The position numbers and the translations under genes are program-made. Of a stretch of 64,000 bases of DNA, positions 1 to 9,600 are shown one piece after another. Where the stretch lies: the NCBI GenBank assembly GCA_963787835.1, contig CAWBEI010000002.1, positions 1,696,001 through 1,760,000 on the forward strand, read 5' to 3'. The notes under the pieces were generated by a model. It did not search any database, had not been told where the DNA came from, and was given only the letters and a program-made list of their open reading frames with translations. Each line of letters opens with the position of its first letter. The stretch's first letter is position 1. This DNA comes from Ignavibacteriota bacterium (GTDB lineage: Bacteria; Bacteroidota; Ignavibacteria; Palsa-1295).

Positions 1-40
1 CTTCCCGGCCTAAACGCACTAATTGGTTGATCGTCGGCAT
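1..40 (-). CDS. rpsL: 30S ribosomal protein S12, 5' end only (runs off window)
   Basis: Reverse complement of 1-40 reads ATGCCGACGATCAACCAATTAGTGCGT = MPTINQLVRLGRE, the conserved S12 N-terminus; not in the ORF track. Confidence 0.9.
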   Translation of the reverse strand, partial: MPTINQLVRLGRE

Positions 41-163
41 GAATTCTTGCTATTGTGGCTAAAAAATGATGTTACCCCGCTCTGCCCGAGCATACGCGTT
101 ACCATTAGGCTTTCGCGTGAGGCGGGCTGTTAACCGGACAAGCCCCAATTCGGTTCAATTCAT

Positions 164-401
164 TTCCCCATTTCATACTTCAGAATTCATATCTCATAAT
201 TTCCCCAAGAATAGTGCCGGTTTTTTTACATATTCATTTAATGAACTCAGGTTTGCTTTATGTAAATATTCATGAATTGATTCAATACGCCTACTTTGTC
301 TATGAGCAAAACATCCTCCTACTTCTTTCTTCTTAACTCTTAGTTCTTACATATTCCCCATTTCATACTTCATAATTCATATCTCATAATTTCCCCAAGA
401 A
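164..401. repeat. 48-bp direct repeat (164-211 and 354-401) built from TTCATA-like heptamers
   Basis: ttccccatttcatacttca[g/t]aattcatatctcataatttccccaagaa occurs twice, 190 bp apart, with one mismatch. Confidence 0.9.
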
Positions 402-664
402 ACAGGTGCCATTTCTTTTTCTTGCTGAGTTCCCGATGGCCCTCGCGTCACCCTCGATTCTGAGCCAATTTCGCACATTTGTTCCAACAAGTATTCATAA
501 TGCCACTTCCTAAAGAACTCGTTCATAATGAAACCTATCGCCGACCTCTGTTTTCAATGAACTCCCTTCCTTCCATAATCCTGAAAATCCTGTAAATCGT
601 GGTCTAATTCTCCATTCTTAATTGAAAATTGATATAGGTGCCCATCATCTCACCACCTAATATA
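401..664 (-). repeat. Dispersed non-coding element, copy 1 (homologous to 35739-35980)
   Basis: Collinear blocks shared with the reverse complement of 35739-35980, e.g. aggtgccatttctttttcttgc[t/a]gagttcccga, aagaactcgttcata, ttttcaatgaac, ataggtgcccatca, ctaatata. Confidence 0.85.
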
Positions 665-687
665 ACACATTCAAAATCTAAAAGCAA
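659..687 (-). promoter_or_regulatory. sigma70-type promoter pointing through the dispersed element toward rpsL
   Basis: Minus strand TTGCTT-N17-TATATT with TG just upstream of the -10 box. Confidence 0.6.
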
Positions 688-726
688 GGATTGCAAAAAT
701 TAATTACATTTCTTTTCAGACCGACA

Positions 727-1131
727 CTATGATACAAACGGATTTCGAATCACTAAACGTGTTTGAACAACCAACCCATCCTGCATGTCTTCGGAATAGA
801 GGATTTCGGAATGCGAACGTAGCGCTGTTGCGACGATCAGACTGTCCCAATAGGAAAATCGGTAGGATTCGCGAAGCATACTTGCCGTGCGAATATCTTC
901 CCGCAAAATTTCGAGCACCGGATAATCTGCGTATAACTCCTCGATCAATTGTTGGACAAATGGCTCCGTGCCCAACTGCTTTCGAAGGATGTTGGACATC
1001 ACCTCATTGACCACTTGTGAACTCAAACAAACGTCCGGCGATACGGCAAGCTCCAATGCCCGGGTTCGTTTTGAGATATCCGCATCCATGGAATACCCAT
1101 AGAGCCAGATGTTCGAATCGAGAAAGATCAC
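727..1131 (-). CDS. vapC: PIN-domain toxin (VapC family)
   Basis: IFLDSNIW, QVVNE, SYWDSLIVATA and SEDMQ motifs; overlaps the upstream small gene by ATGA. Confidence 0.9.
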   Translation of the reverse strand: MIFLDSNIWLYGYSMDADISKRTRALELAVSPDVCLSSQVVNEVMSNILRKQLGTEPFVQQLIEELYADYPVLEILREDIRTASMLRESYRFSYWDSLIVATALRSHSEILYSEDMQDGLVVQTRLVIRNPFVS

Positions 1132-1346
1132 GATGCCCGGTTATAAATCTCTTCGCGGGAAAGAGGCTTGAACCCAGGTGCGGGAATAGGGTTCTCCCGC
1201 ATACGTTTTACAGTAAGACGCTCCTTAGGCTCTGGTGAAAGCGTAACATGCACGTGCTCGCCACGTGCGATGCCGCGTTTCAGATCATCGGGGATGCGGA
1301 TAACGCCCTCGCCTTCCACCGTAGTGTCAAATTCAATATGATCCAT
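1128..1346 (-). CDS. Probable antitoxin (AbrB/VapB-like)
   Basis: 72 aa directly upstream of the PIN toxin; GVIRIP motif and C-terminal LSREEIY. Confidence 0.75.
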   Translation of the reverse strand: MDHIEFDTTVEGEGVIRIPDDLKRGIARGEHVHVTLSPEPKERLTVKRMRENPIPAPGFKPLSREEIYNRAS

Positions 1347-1446
1347 CGTAGTATAAACACCGATTCCGGGACATTCGTTGAGATGTTTTTGAGTATTTTG
1401 AGAAGCCGAATGCAGCGACGGAAACCGTAAAATTTGATGCTCAGTA

Positions 1447-1641
1447 AGCGCGTAGGTCGAGCGTCCTCGCTCGACACTGCGGAATGGAACTACTTTGTGC
1501 TGTTACCTCACCATTTGCACGAAGGGCGCGCACTGCAATAGTTTGTGGCAAAAACCATTTCATAAAGATTGGAACATGTGAATTGTTTACGAACGCGCAC
1601 AGTTCCCTTTGTGTCGAGCGAGGACGCTCGACCTACGCGCT
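1447..1641. repeat. REPIN-like element: 31-bp perfect inverted repeats of a GTAG-type REP
   Basis: agcgcgtaggtcgagcgtcctcgctcgacac (1447-1477) is the exact reverse complement of 1611-1641; internal palindrome gtcgagcg-tcct-cgctcgac. Confidence 0.85.
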
Positions 1642-1927
1642 AACACAATCGCACCAGATGTGCGTGGAGATCATCCGCTGTATTCAGGCCCATATTCTTC
1701 TTTATTCTCAATTTCATTTCGCGGACGGCGCGAGCCTTCATGTCAAGATGGAGCGCAATGGTTTCCGTATCGGCTTCCTCTAAAATAAGCGCACATAGTT
1801 TTGTTTCTTTTTCCTTGAGATGTGGATGTGCCGACGCAAGCGACTTGAAAAAGTTTGGATGAAGATTCAGAATACGCGATTTGTAATCAATCCACGTGGG
1901 ATGATGATCGAACGTGAGAGTACTCAT
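1640..1927 (-). CDS. Stand-alone LuxR/GerE-type helix-turn-helix protein
   Basis: LHPNFFKSL..LKEKETKLCALI..IALHL..RIKKNMGL resembles the C-terminal HTH of Bacteroidota hybrid regulators; start set at ATG 1927 (track start 1960). Confidence 0.7.
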   Translation of the reverse strand: MSTLTFDHHPTWIDYKSRILNLHPNFFKSLASAHPHLKEKETKLCALILEEADTETIALHLDMKARAVREMKLRIKKNMGLNTADDLHAHLVRLC

Positions 1928-2115
1928 AACATCTGAGGCAAAAGAGTGTATGACCAGCAACTATCTATTCGGTCATAAATTTACAACCGGCCGAAGGGTA
2001 TTGTTCCGCAATAAAATGTGACATAAAAATGGGAAACGCCGGAAATTGCCGGAAACCTGTCCACTCTTGCCGAAATTTGCTGAAAAACGTATTGCGAACG
2101 TATATCCCGAACTTG

Positions 2116-2123
2116 TAAATTTG
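2116..2123 (+). promoter_or_regulatory. Bacteroidota-type TAnnTTTG promoter element
   Basis: TAAATTTG about 55 nt upstream of ATG 2178. Confidence 0.45.
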
Positions 2124-2177
2124 TACTCAACAGTCAGTCATTATTTTTTTAATCATTTTTTAACAGGAGTTTGCACC

Positions 2178-2756
2178 ATGAATCTATCAACAACCGGCTG
2201 GAATAGTTTTGTACAAGCCCAGCCACTCGACCCGCTTTCGATCATTTCAAATTGTTTGTTAGGCGCTACCGTAGGTGTCTGGACGCGAAGCACCACGTTC
2301 CTGCAATCCAGTTGGGGAACGAATAGCATTGCATACACCGGTAATAATACCACGGTGCTTTCGCTCGATACCACCGATCAGACCACAGTAGTGCAGGCAG
2401 CACAGTGGGTGGTGAAAACAAAGATGGTAAACGTCGGTGCCTCTATCAATCCGGCGGTGGAAAAGATTGCCTACTGCAAAGCAGGCCCATTTTGGCAGAA
2501 CCAGATCGAACTTGCGCTTGGTGCCACGAACTGGAGCAATGTGCAGCTCTCATTTCGAGATAATCTCGGAACCACGGGAGTGTTTGCTGGCAGCGCAAGT
2601 GGAGCGGTTCCGGTCTTTTCCTTTGGCGCAGGCCCCTTCACGGGAGCCACATCGCTTTATATGACGATAGCAAATCCGGGAACATACTCCCTCGTGCTCG
2701 TTCTGGATAATGCCGGTGTCTGGAGTACCTTCGAAATGGAAATCGTAGCACTGTAA
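2178..2756 (+). CDS. Hypothetical beta-rich protein, no signal peptide
   Basis: AGGAG at 2165-2169 before ATG 2178; first gene of a tight three-gene run; no family recognised. Confidence 0.7.
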   Translation: MNLSTTGWNSFVQAQPLDPLSIISNCLLGATVGVWTRSTTFLQSSWGTNSIAYTGNNTTVLSLDTTDQTTVVQAAQWVVKTKMVNVGASINPAVEKIAYCKAGPFWQNQIELALGATNWSNVQLSFRDNLGTTGVFAGSASGAVPVFSFGAGPFTGATSLYMTIANPGTYSLVLVLDNAGVWSTFEMEIVAL

Positions 2757-2774
2757 TTTTAACTTAAAAAAGCC

Positions 2775-5111
2775 ATGCCAACTTACGAACCAGGGCAGGG
2801 GCCTTTACCCCTGCCCCCATTACCTATATCGCCAAATCAAACTGGGAATATGCCTGTGGCACTCAACCCGCAGCTTCACACACCTATTGCACCGGGGCCT
2901 GTCGGAGCGCAATCCGCTTCTGTTGCAAATAGCGGGGTGGGGGTTTTGCCACCAGTAATGCCGCCAAACGGGCCGCCATTGACACCTATAACGGGAGCAA
3001 CTCCAACTATTCCGGGCGTAACACCGCAAGCACCTATTGTCGTGGCCCCTATTGATGATTGTATGCGAAGTGTTACGGTGACTGGAATTACACAGATTCA
3101 TTTTAAACCCATAATTCAGATATTCGTTAATGGGGTTCTACGTGGTTCCCGATTATTGGTCCCCATCCCTATTGCAGGACCAACATCTGTCGAAGTGGCA
3201 ATTAGTGGTTGTTCACTTAATGCTGGCGATCTTGTTCAGGCCAGTTCAATGATCGGTACGGTATCGAGTCCACTTAGTGATGCCGTTCGGGTCGAAAGCC
3301 ATGTGTTATATAGTTGCCTAACTCAGCATTATGATAATGCTCGAACGGGATGGTATCCCTATGAGAGGCAACTTACACCTGACGTCTTACAGCAACCAGG
3401 CGCAAACGCATTCCAACAGCAATTTCAGCTACCTGTGGATGGCAAAGCCTACGCGCAGCCACTTTATATGCACCACGTAAATTTCCCAGGCTTTGGGGCC
3501 AGAAACGTCGTTTACATTGCAACGGAAAATAATTCCGTCTTTGCTTATGATGCGGATGACCCAGGTAGCATACTCCTCTGGCAGCGGTCTTTAGTTCCGG
3601 CAGGACAGAGAACCCCAACGTCGGGCGACTCAGGGAACGTTGATATTCCTTGTGGCGATATTCAGCCCACCGTTGGCGTTAGCAGCACTCCAGTTATTAG
3701 CTGTGGATGTGTTAACGCGTGCGGTGGATCGGGATGCGGGTGTTCAAATCAATGTGGAGATACTAACAGCTGTTGCGCTCCAACGATGTATGTTACTTCT
3801 AAAACGATAGGGATAAACGATGGGACTGCCGGAATGAATAATAATGGCTCTTTTCATTGGTATCTCCATGCACTCGATGTTATTACCGGGCTCGAACGAC
3901 CGGGGAGCCCTGTTGAGATATGCGGGAAAGTAAATGGTAGGGCTTTAATAAACGATGGTCAAGGGCATGTGCTTTTTAATCCTGAAAGACAAAATAACCG
4001 ATGCAGCTTACTCTTACTTAATGGATGCGTTTATATTGCCTTTGCATCGCATTGTGATAATGAGCCGTATCAAGGATGGGTATTTGCTTACGATGCTGTA
4101 ACACTTAAACAAAAGGCCATTTTTTGCACCTGCCCTAATTTCGTAAATGGGGGTGAATCAGGTATTTGGCAAGGGGGGTTCGGCTTAGCTACCGATGGTG
4201 ATGCGATTTATTGCACTACGGGTAATGGACCGCCCGGTGCTGATATTACTAAAGGGACTGGCAAGGCAAATGGTGGAGACAGCTATTACAATTCCGTTCT
4301 GAAGCTATCGCAGAATCTTCAGGTGCTCTCATGGTTCACTCCTGCGGATCAACTTGTTCTTAGCAATAACGATGTCGATCTTGGTTCGGGGGGTGTCATG
4401 GTTATTCCTGGCATGCAGCTCGGGTTTCACCCCAATCAAGTAGTTACATGTGGAAAGGATGGGAACATAATGCTTCTCGATCGTGATAACTTAGGCGGGT
4501 TTGGCGGACCCTCCGAACCGTGGAACCAACAGACGGCTGCAACGTTTGCTCAATATCCTGGTTTTAATAACAATGCCATTTCCACGACACTTCTTCAGCC
4601 GACGGCACCTTTAAGCAATCAAAATGCACCAAATAGTTTTTCTCCAAATCAGCCTGGCGTTTGGGGTGGACCAGCTTATTTTAATGGTGTTAACGGACAG
4701 TTCATTTTTTATGCGGGGAATGATACAGGGAATGCAGGACACCTTACTTCTTTCGCGCTTAGAGGTGGCTCAATGAATTTGCTTTGCCAGTCTAAAGAGT
4801 CTTTTGGAGGGCTTGGATCAACACCCGTTGTTTCCTCAGGAAGCTTTACCACAAGCAATGGTATTCTTTGGGCAGTGAAACGTGATGGTGCTGGAGGGAA
4901 CGTGAATCTATGTGCCTATGATTTGGATCAATTTACATCTACTCCCACTGCTACTTCTATTATTGGGCCCTCGACAAGTGGTCTCCCTATAGGTATTTGG
5001 AACGATACCAGGCCGTTTATTGAACCCACCATCGTGAACGGTAAGGTTTATGTAGCTGCCGAAGATCATATCGGTGTATTTTTCTGCGCGAACGAAATAA
5101 AAGTGCCGTGA
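2775..5111 (+). CDS. PQQ-like beta-propeller protein with Pro-rich N-terminus and Cys-rich insert
   Basis: TQHYDNARTG, YAQPLY, ATENNSVFAYDA, GIWQGG, DLGSGG, GKDG and PTIVNGKVYV motifs. Confidence 0.75.
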   Translation: MPTYEPGQGPLPLPPLPISPNQTGNMPVALNPQLHTPIAPGPVGAQSASVANSGVGVLPPVMPPNGPPLTPITGATPTIPGVTPQAPIVVAPIDDCMRSVTVTGITQIHFKPIIQIFVNGVLRGSRLLVPIPIAGPTSVEVAISGCSLNAGDLVQASSMIGTVSSPLSDAVRVESHVLYSCLTQHYDNARTGWYPYERQLTPDVLQQPGANAFQQQFQLPVDGKAYAQPLYMHHVNFPGFGARNVVYIATENNSVFAYDADDPGSILLWQRSLVPAGQRTPTSGDSGNVDIPCGDIQPTVGVSSTPVISCGCVNACGGSGCGCSNQCGDTNSCCAPTMYVTSKTIGINDGTAGMNNNGSFHWYLHALDVITGLERPGSPVEICGKVNGRALINDGQGHVLFNPERQNNRCSLLLLNGCVYIAFASHCDNEPYQGWVFAYDAVTLKQKAIFCTCPNFVNGGESGIWQGGFGLATDGDAIYCTTGNGPPGADITKGTGKANGGDSYYNSVLKLSQNLQVLSWFTPADQLVLSNNDVDLGSGGVMVIPGMQLGFHPNQVVTCGKDGNIMLLDRDNLGGFGGPSEPWNQQTAATFAQYPGFNNNAISTTLLQPTAPLSNQNAPNSFSPNQPGVWGGPAYFNGVNGQFIFYAGNDTGNAGHLTSFALRGGSMNLLCQSKESFGGLGSTPVVSSGSFTTSNGILWAVKRDGAGGNVNLCAYDLDQFTSTPTATSIIGPSTSGLPIGIWNDTRPFIEPTIVNGKVYVAAEDHIGVFFCANEIKVP

Positions 5112-5118
5112 ATTTTTT

Positions 5119-6387
5119 ATGAAAAAACGGTTAACTTTATTTTTATTTCTTGTTTTGATCTTCTGTAGCGTTTCTACAACTGTATCTTCTCAATGGTTTC
5201 ATTCTTCGGAGGGGTTGGAGGGCTCGGTCTATTGTCTCGCTCCGTGGGGTAGCCGATTGCTCGCAGGCGCAGGGGCGACTGTTCTTTTGTCCTCAGACAA
5301 TGGAGAGAGTTGGACGCCGCTTGATTCGGGCGCTATAATTATTCATAGTTTAAATAGCCAAAATGCTGTGACTTCCGTGGTAGCCCTGGGAACGATTATT
5401 TATGCGATCGCAGAATCAGATCCCTTCGAAAGTGGATTAATAACTGCAACATTATGGTCATCCAGTGATTCTGGCTTAAATTGGGTAGAACTTAATGCTA
5501 ACTTTCAAGACGTTAGTACGGGAATTACTTCAACGGGGGAGGTACTTTTCGCAACTACAAAAGAAGGAGTTTTTCGCTCGGTTGATAGTGCAAAAACGTG
5601 GAAAGAGGTCGACACTTTTTCTTATGCAACATTGGGGGGCTACCGAGCCAAACTTTTTGCTGGAAATAGTAGAGGGCTATTTGTATCCACCGATCAAGGT
5701 AACAGCTGGAATCCAGTTCAAACCCTGATGATATGGCCAATTCAAATTGTTTCCAGCGGCTCTAATATGGCAGCACTGGATTATAACCCTATAACGTATT
5801 TAAGTCGAGTGTTTTATTCCGTTGATTCGGGGAGTACGTGGAACCCGACATCCAACGACTCTGCCGGTTCTGTTGCCAACCTTACAAACATTGCGATATC
5901 CGGTAGTACTCTCTTTGTTGGTTCCAGCTCTGATCCGGGTGCTGATTTTTATTCTACCGACTGGGGTGCATCGTGGCATGACTTATGTGTAGATGGGAAC
6001 TGTGGTGATCCTGGCCGGGAAACTGCCTTGGTGGTAAGCGGTCCCAATCTTGTTCTTACCTCACATACCACTGGAATTTATTATTATCCTCTTGGGGGGC
6101 TTGCATCGGTTACTCAAACGGAGTCTCCTCAATTAAGATATTCAAGCTCTCCCAATCCCATCAACTCACTAACCACCATCTCCTTCACCCTTCCCTCCGC
6201 CAGCGCAGCCCATCTCACCCTCACCGATGCCGCTGGGCGCGAAACGCCGCTCCTGCCCACGCAGTGGTTAGATGCCGGCCCACATCAGGTAACGTGGGAT
6301 GCCAGTAATTATCCAAGTGGGGTGTATCTTTGCCGTTTAGTGTCCGGCGGCGAGAGCGCAACGCAACGGTTAGTTGTGCTGCATTAA
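5119..6387 (+). CDS. BNR/Asp-box beta-propeller protein with T9SS type A C-terminal domain
   Basis: Signal peptide; repeated SxDxGxxW boxes; C-terminal SPNP...SGVYLCRL...QRLVV. Confidence 0.85.
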   Translation: MKKRLTLFLFLVLIFCSVSTTVSSQWFHSSEGLEGSVYCLAPWGSRLLAGAGATVLLSSDNGESWTPLDSGAIIIHSLNSQNAVTSVVALGTIIYAIAESDPFESGLITATLWSSSDSGLNWVELNANFQDVSTGITSTGEVLFATTKEGVFRSVDSAKTWKEVDTFSYATLGGYRAKLFAGNSRGLFVSTDQGNSWNPVQTLMIWPIQIVSSGSNMAALDYNPITYLSRVFYSVDSGSTWNPTSNDSAGSVANLTNIAISGSTLFVGSSSDPGADFYSTDWGASWHDLCVDGNCGDPGRETALVVSGPNLVLTSHTTGIYYYPLGGLASVTQTESPQLRYSSSPNPINSLTTISFTLPSASAAHLTLTDAAGRETPLLPTQWLDAGPHQVTWDASNYPSGVYLCRLVSGGESATQRLVVLH

Positions 6388-6483
6388 TGCGGCGTTTTCG
6401 CCCATTGTAAGCCCACCCCCAGTCGGAACGCCGCTTATCGGGTGCCTGTTGAAACCGTATCTATGGCCTCTCGTACTCTTTAG

Positions 6484-6525
6484 GTCAGAACCATGCGCAT
6501 CGTCGGCGATGCGCATGGTTCTGAC
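6484..6525. repeat. Perfect 19-bp-stem hairpin
   Basis: gtcagaaccatgcgcatcg-tcgg-cgatgcgcatggttctgac. Confidence 0.85.
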
Positions 6526-6691
6526 AAAGGCTTCTAACTAACCCGAAAAACCTATCGATTCCTTGTGACATCGCGAGTCACGCCCATCTCTTTTGGGCGG
6601 GGCTTTGAACTACATATTACAGCCGGCAGGCTTGTGCATGAGCGCAAGCCACGCTCTGCTACGTCCGGTTTTTGGAGTCGAATACGCATAG

Positions 6692-9600
6692 GTGAGAATT
6701 ATTTCGGGCAATTCCTGGCAAACGGAACACATCGCGTCGCGGGCGATGGGTTGTGCCGTGGCCTTGATTCTGGTTACGTCGATGCTCTCACTGGACTCCT
6801 GCCGCAAGCCGAAGGAGGTAGAAAAGAATCCCAACCAAACCAAGACCGATACGACGGCACCGGATACTTCCAAGGGTTTTATTTCCCAGCAATACGATTC
6901 GCTCTCCCATAAATTCACCGATTTTTTCAGTTCGCTGCTTCCGCGTGGGAAGGATACCACCAAGGGCTTTCCGATGGTCACCACCCCTCCGCCGGACCTG
7001 AATCCGCCCGTCGTTACGCCGGACATTCCTGCGGAGCCGGGGTTCTTAGCTTCTCCGATCAAGCGCAAGATCGAGTTCGATACCAATGGCAACGTCGTCC
7101 AGCGCGATGTATTTTTGGGCAGCGATGTCCGCTCTCCGGTCACAACATCCTTCAGCGATTATATTCATGCGCAGGAGGATCAGACGATCACATCCGGCTT
7201 CGAAGCCGCGATGCACAAGCAGATCGATACCGGAAAGACGGTCGATCAGCAAACCGGATTGCTCGGCGATTACAACACGATCCAAATTCCCATTCCGCCG
7301 AGCATCGTTCCCACCATCTTTGGCCGGCCATCGATCAATCTCAAGGTCAACGGCGATGTCGGGATCCACATGGCGTATCGCGATCAGGTAACGTATGCCA
7401 CAGCCGGCGCGAATTTCTTTGGTTCGGAACAAGGGCTTGATTTCAAACAGGAGATCAACATCTCGACCAACGGGACGATCGGCGATAAACTAAAGATCGG
7501 CGCCGACTGGGGTTCCGACCGTATGTTCCAATACGATAATCTGCTCAAGTTCAACTATCAGGGTTACCCCGATGAGATCCTGCAGGAGTTCGATGCCGGA
7601 AACGTTACCTTCAACACGCCATCGCAATATATCGCCCCGCAGCAGGATCTGTTCGGATTGAAGGCGATCATGCGCTTTGGGCCGCTGTATGTCACGGCGC
7701 TCGCAGCGCAGAAAAAAGGATCGCGTGGATCGAAATCCTTCGGCGGTGGAGCCGGCACTGCGACCGAGCACCTCATTCAGCCCTGGACCTATAGACGCAA
7801 CCGCTTTTTCTTAGATACCAGCTTCATCAAATATTACGAGCCTACGCTTTCAACGATTCCCGAGGGCGGCTCTCCGCTGGTTCAGAACGGTACAGTCGAA
7901 GTGTGGCAGACGACCACTCAGCTCACGCTGATCAATGTGCGTCCGGCGGTAGCCTATTATTCGCTGCCCGCAAGTAATGCCGGGTATTCTTCGGCTATGC
8001 GGTCAGCATCGGGGAATGGACAAACCATCATCAATGCACACTGGGTCAAAATGGATACCTCGCGGTACACCGTCGATTGGAACACCGGGGTGCTTATTCT
8101 GAGTCAGGATCCGGAAGATGTCCAAACCAGTCTTGCCGTCAGTTACCAAACGGCCAACGGTGCACAATATGGCGACAGGAGCACCGATCAAAGTGACAGT
8201 ACCCTGGTGCTAAAGTTGATAAAACCCGCTGGAACGTTTTCGAATGTCGCGTATCCCTCCTGGAATAACCTGCTCAAAAATTCCTATTATATCGGTGGCG
8301 TGGGATTCGATCCCACGAATTTCTCCGGACGTATCGACCTGACCGCTCCCGGCGGCCATCAGATAGAATATTTGAGCGTGGCGAGCGGCGGAACTCCCCA
8401 AAAGGCGATCTCGATCATGGGACTCGACCGGTATAATAATTCCTCTCCATCCAACAAAACACCGGATGGACTCATCGACTATGGCCAGCAGTTCACCAGC
8501 GACTATATTGTCGATCCCAAAACGGGAACCATCATATTCCCGTATTTGCAGCCATTCGGCTCCGTTATTTCGAACTATAATGCCGCACAGAAAAGGCGAG
8601 ACGCCAAGTATGTGGATGATACCAATTTTTATATGCCCGAAATTTACAATACCATACAAAGTACGCTGGTGCAAACGGAGACGAAACTCGTCAATCTGGA
8701 TATTAAGTACACGGGCGGCGTTTCCTCCACGCTTAATCTTGGGGCCTTTAACTTGGTAGAAGGCAGTGTGCGCGTAACCATTGGCGGTACGCAGCTTGTC
8801 GAAGGAACGGATTACCGTGTCGATTATAATTCCGGGACGGTCACCATCCTGAACTCGGACCTCATCAATACCGGGCAGATCAATGTGGAGTACGACGTGC
8901 ACGATGTATTCTCGAATGCGACGAAGAACGTGCTTGGCATGCGCGCGGAAGTGCCACTCTTCGACGATCAGGCGATTCAAAAGGGAGATATTGGCATCAC
9001 AGCTTTGAATTACTCCGCCTCGCTGCCAACCTTGAAGACGCGGCAGGGCGAAGAACCATTTTCCAATTGGATCATCGGCGCCGATGGAAGTTATAAGTTC
9101 GATGCGCCATTCCTGACAGACGCGCTGAATGCAATGCCGATCTTCAATTTGAAGGATAAATCGAGCCTTGCGGTCAAGGTGGATGCGGCGGTCTCCCTGC
9201 CGAATCCGAATACGGATGTATCGCCTATGCCTGTGGATAATGGTGCGTCGATCGCGTATCTCGATGATTTCGAGGGAGGGCTGAACGAATTCCCGCTGTA
9301 CTTGAACTATGGCCGCTGGGTTCCCGCTTCGCAGCCAATGGATAGTGCTTTCCAGGCGCGGCATCCAGCCGGCAACAATCCGGATAGCGCATATTGGACC
9401 AACCCCATTAACCAGCTTAAAGGGCGGACGGCCTGGTATCCACCGACAACGATGCCGTACCCAGGTGTGGGGTTCCCGCCGCTTTCTGGCCCGGCTGGTA
9501 TAAAACCGAACGAGCAAACGGCGACTACCGGCCAAACTGCTACTACGATGTGGTACACCTTCGACCCAACGCAGGCCGGTATCTACAATCCAAACCCCTC

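Noticed and set aside
164-401. Two 48-bp direct repeats as a mini CRISPR array
   Set aside because: Only two copies, 142-bp spacer, low-complexity repeat and no cas genes
1484-1783. 99-aa plus-strand ORF
   Set aside because: It spans the REPIN and is antisense to the HTH gene; no motif
8210-9535. 441-aa antisense ORF inside sprA (likewise 11477-12502, 15105-16079, 39229-39990, 41654-42427)
   Set aside because: Shadow ORFs opposite well-supported genes, with no recognisable motifs
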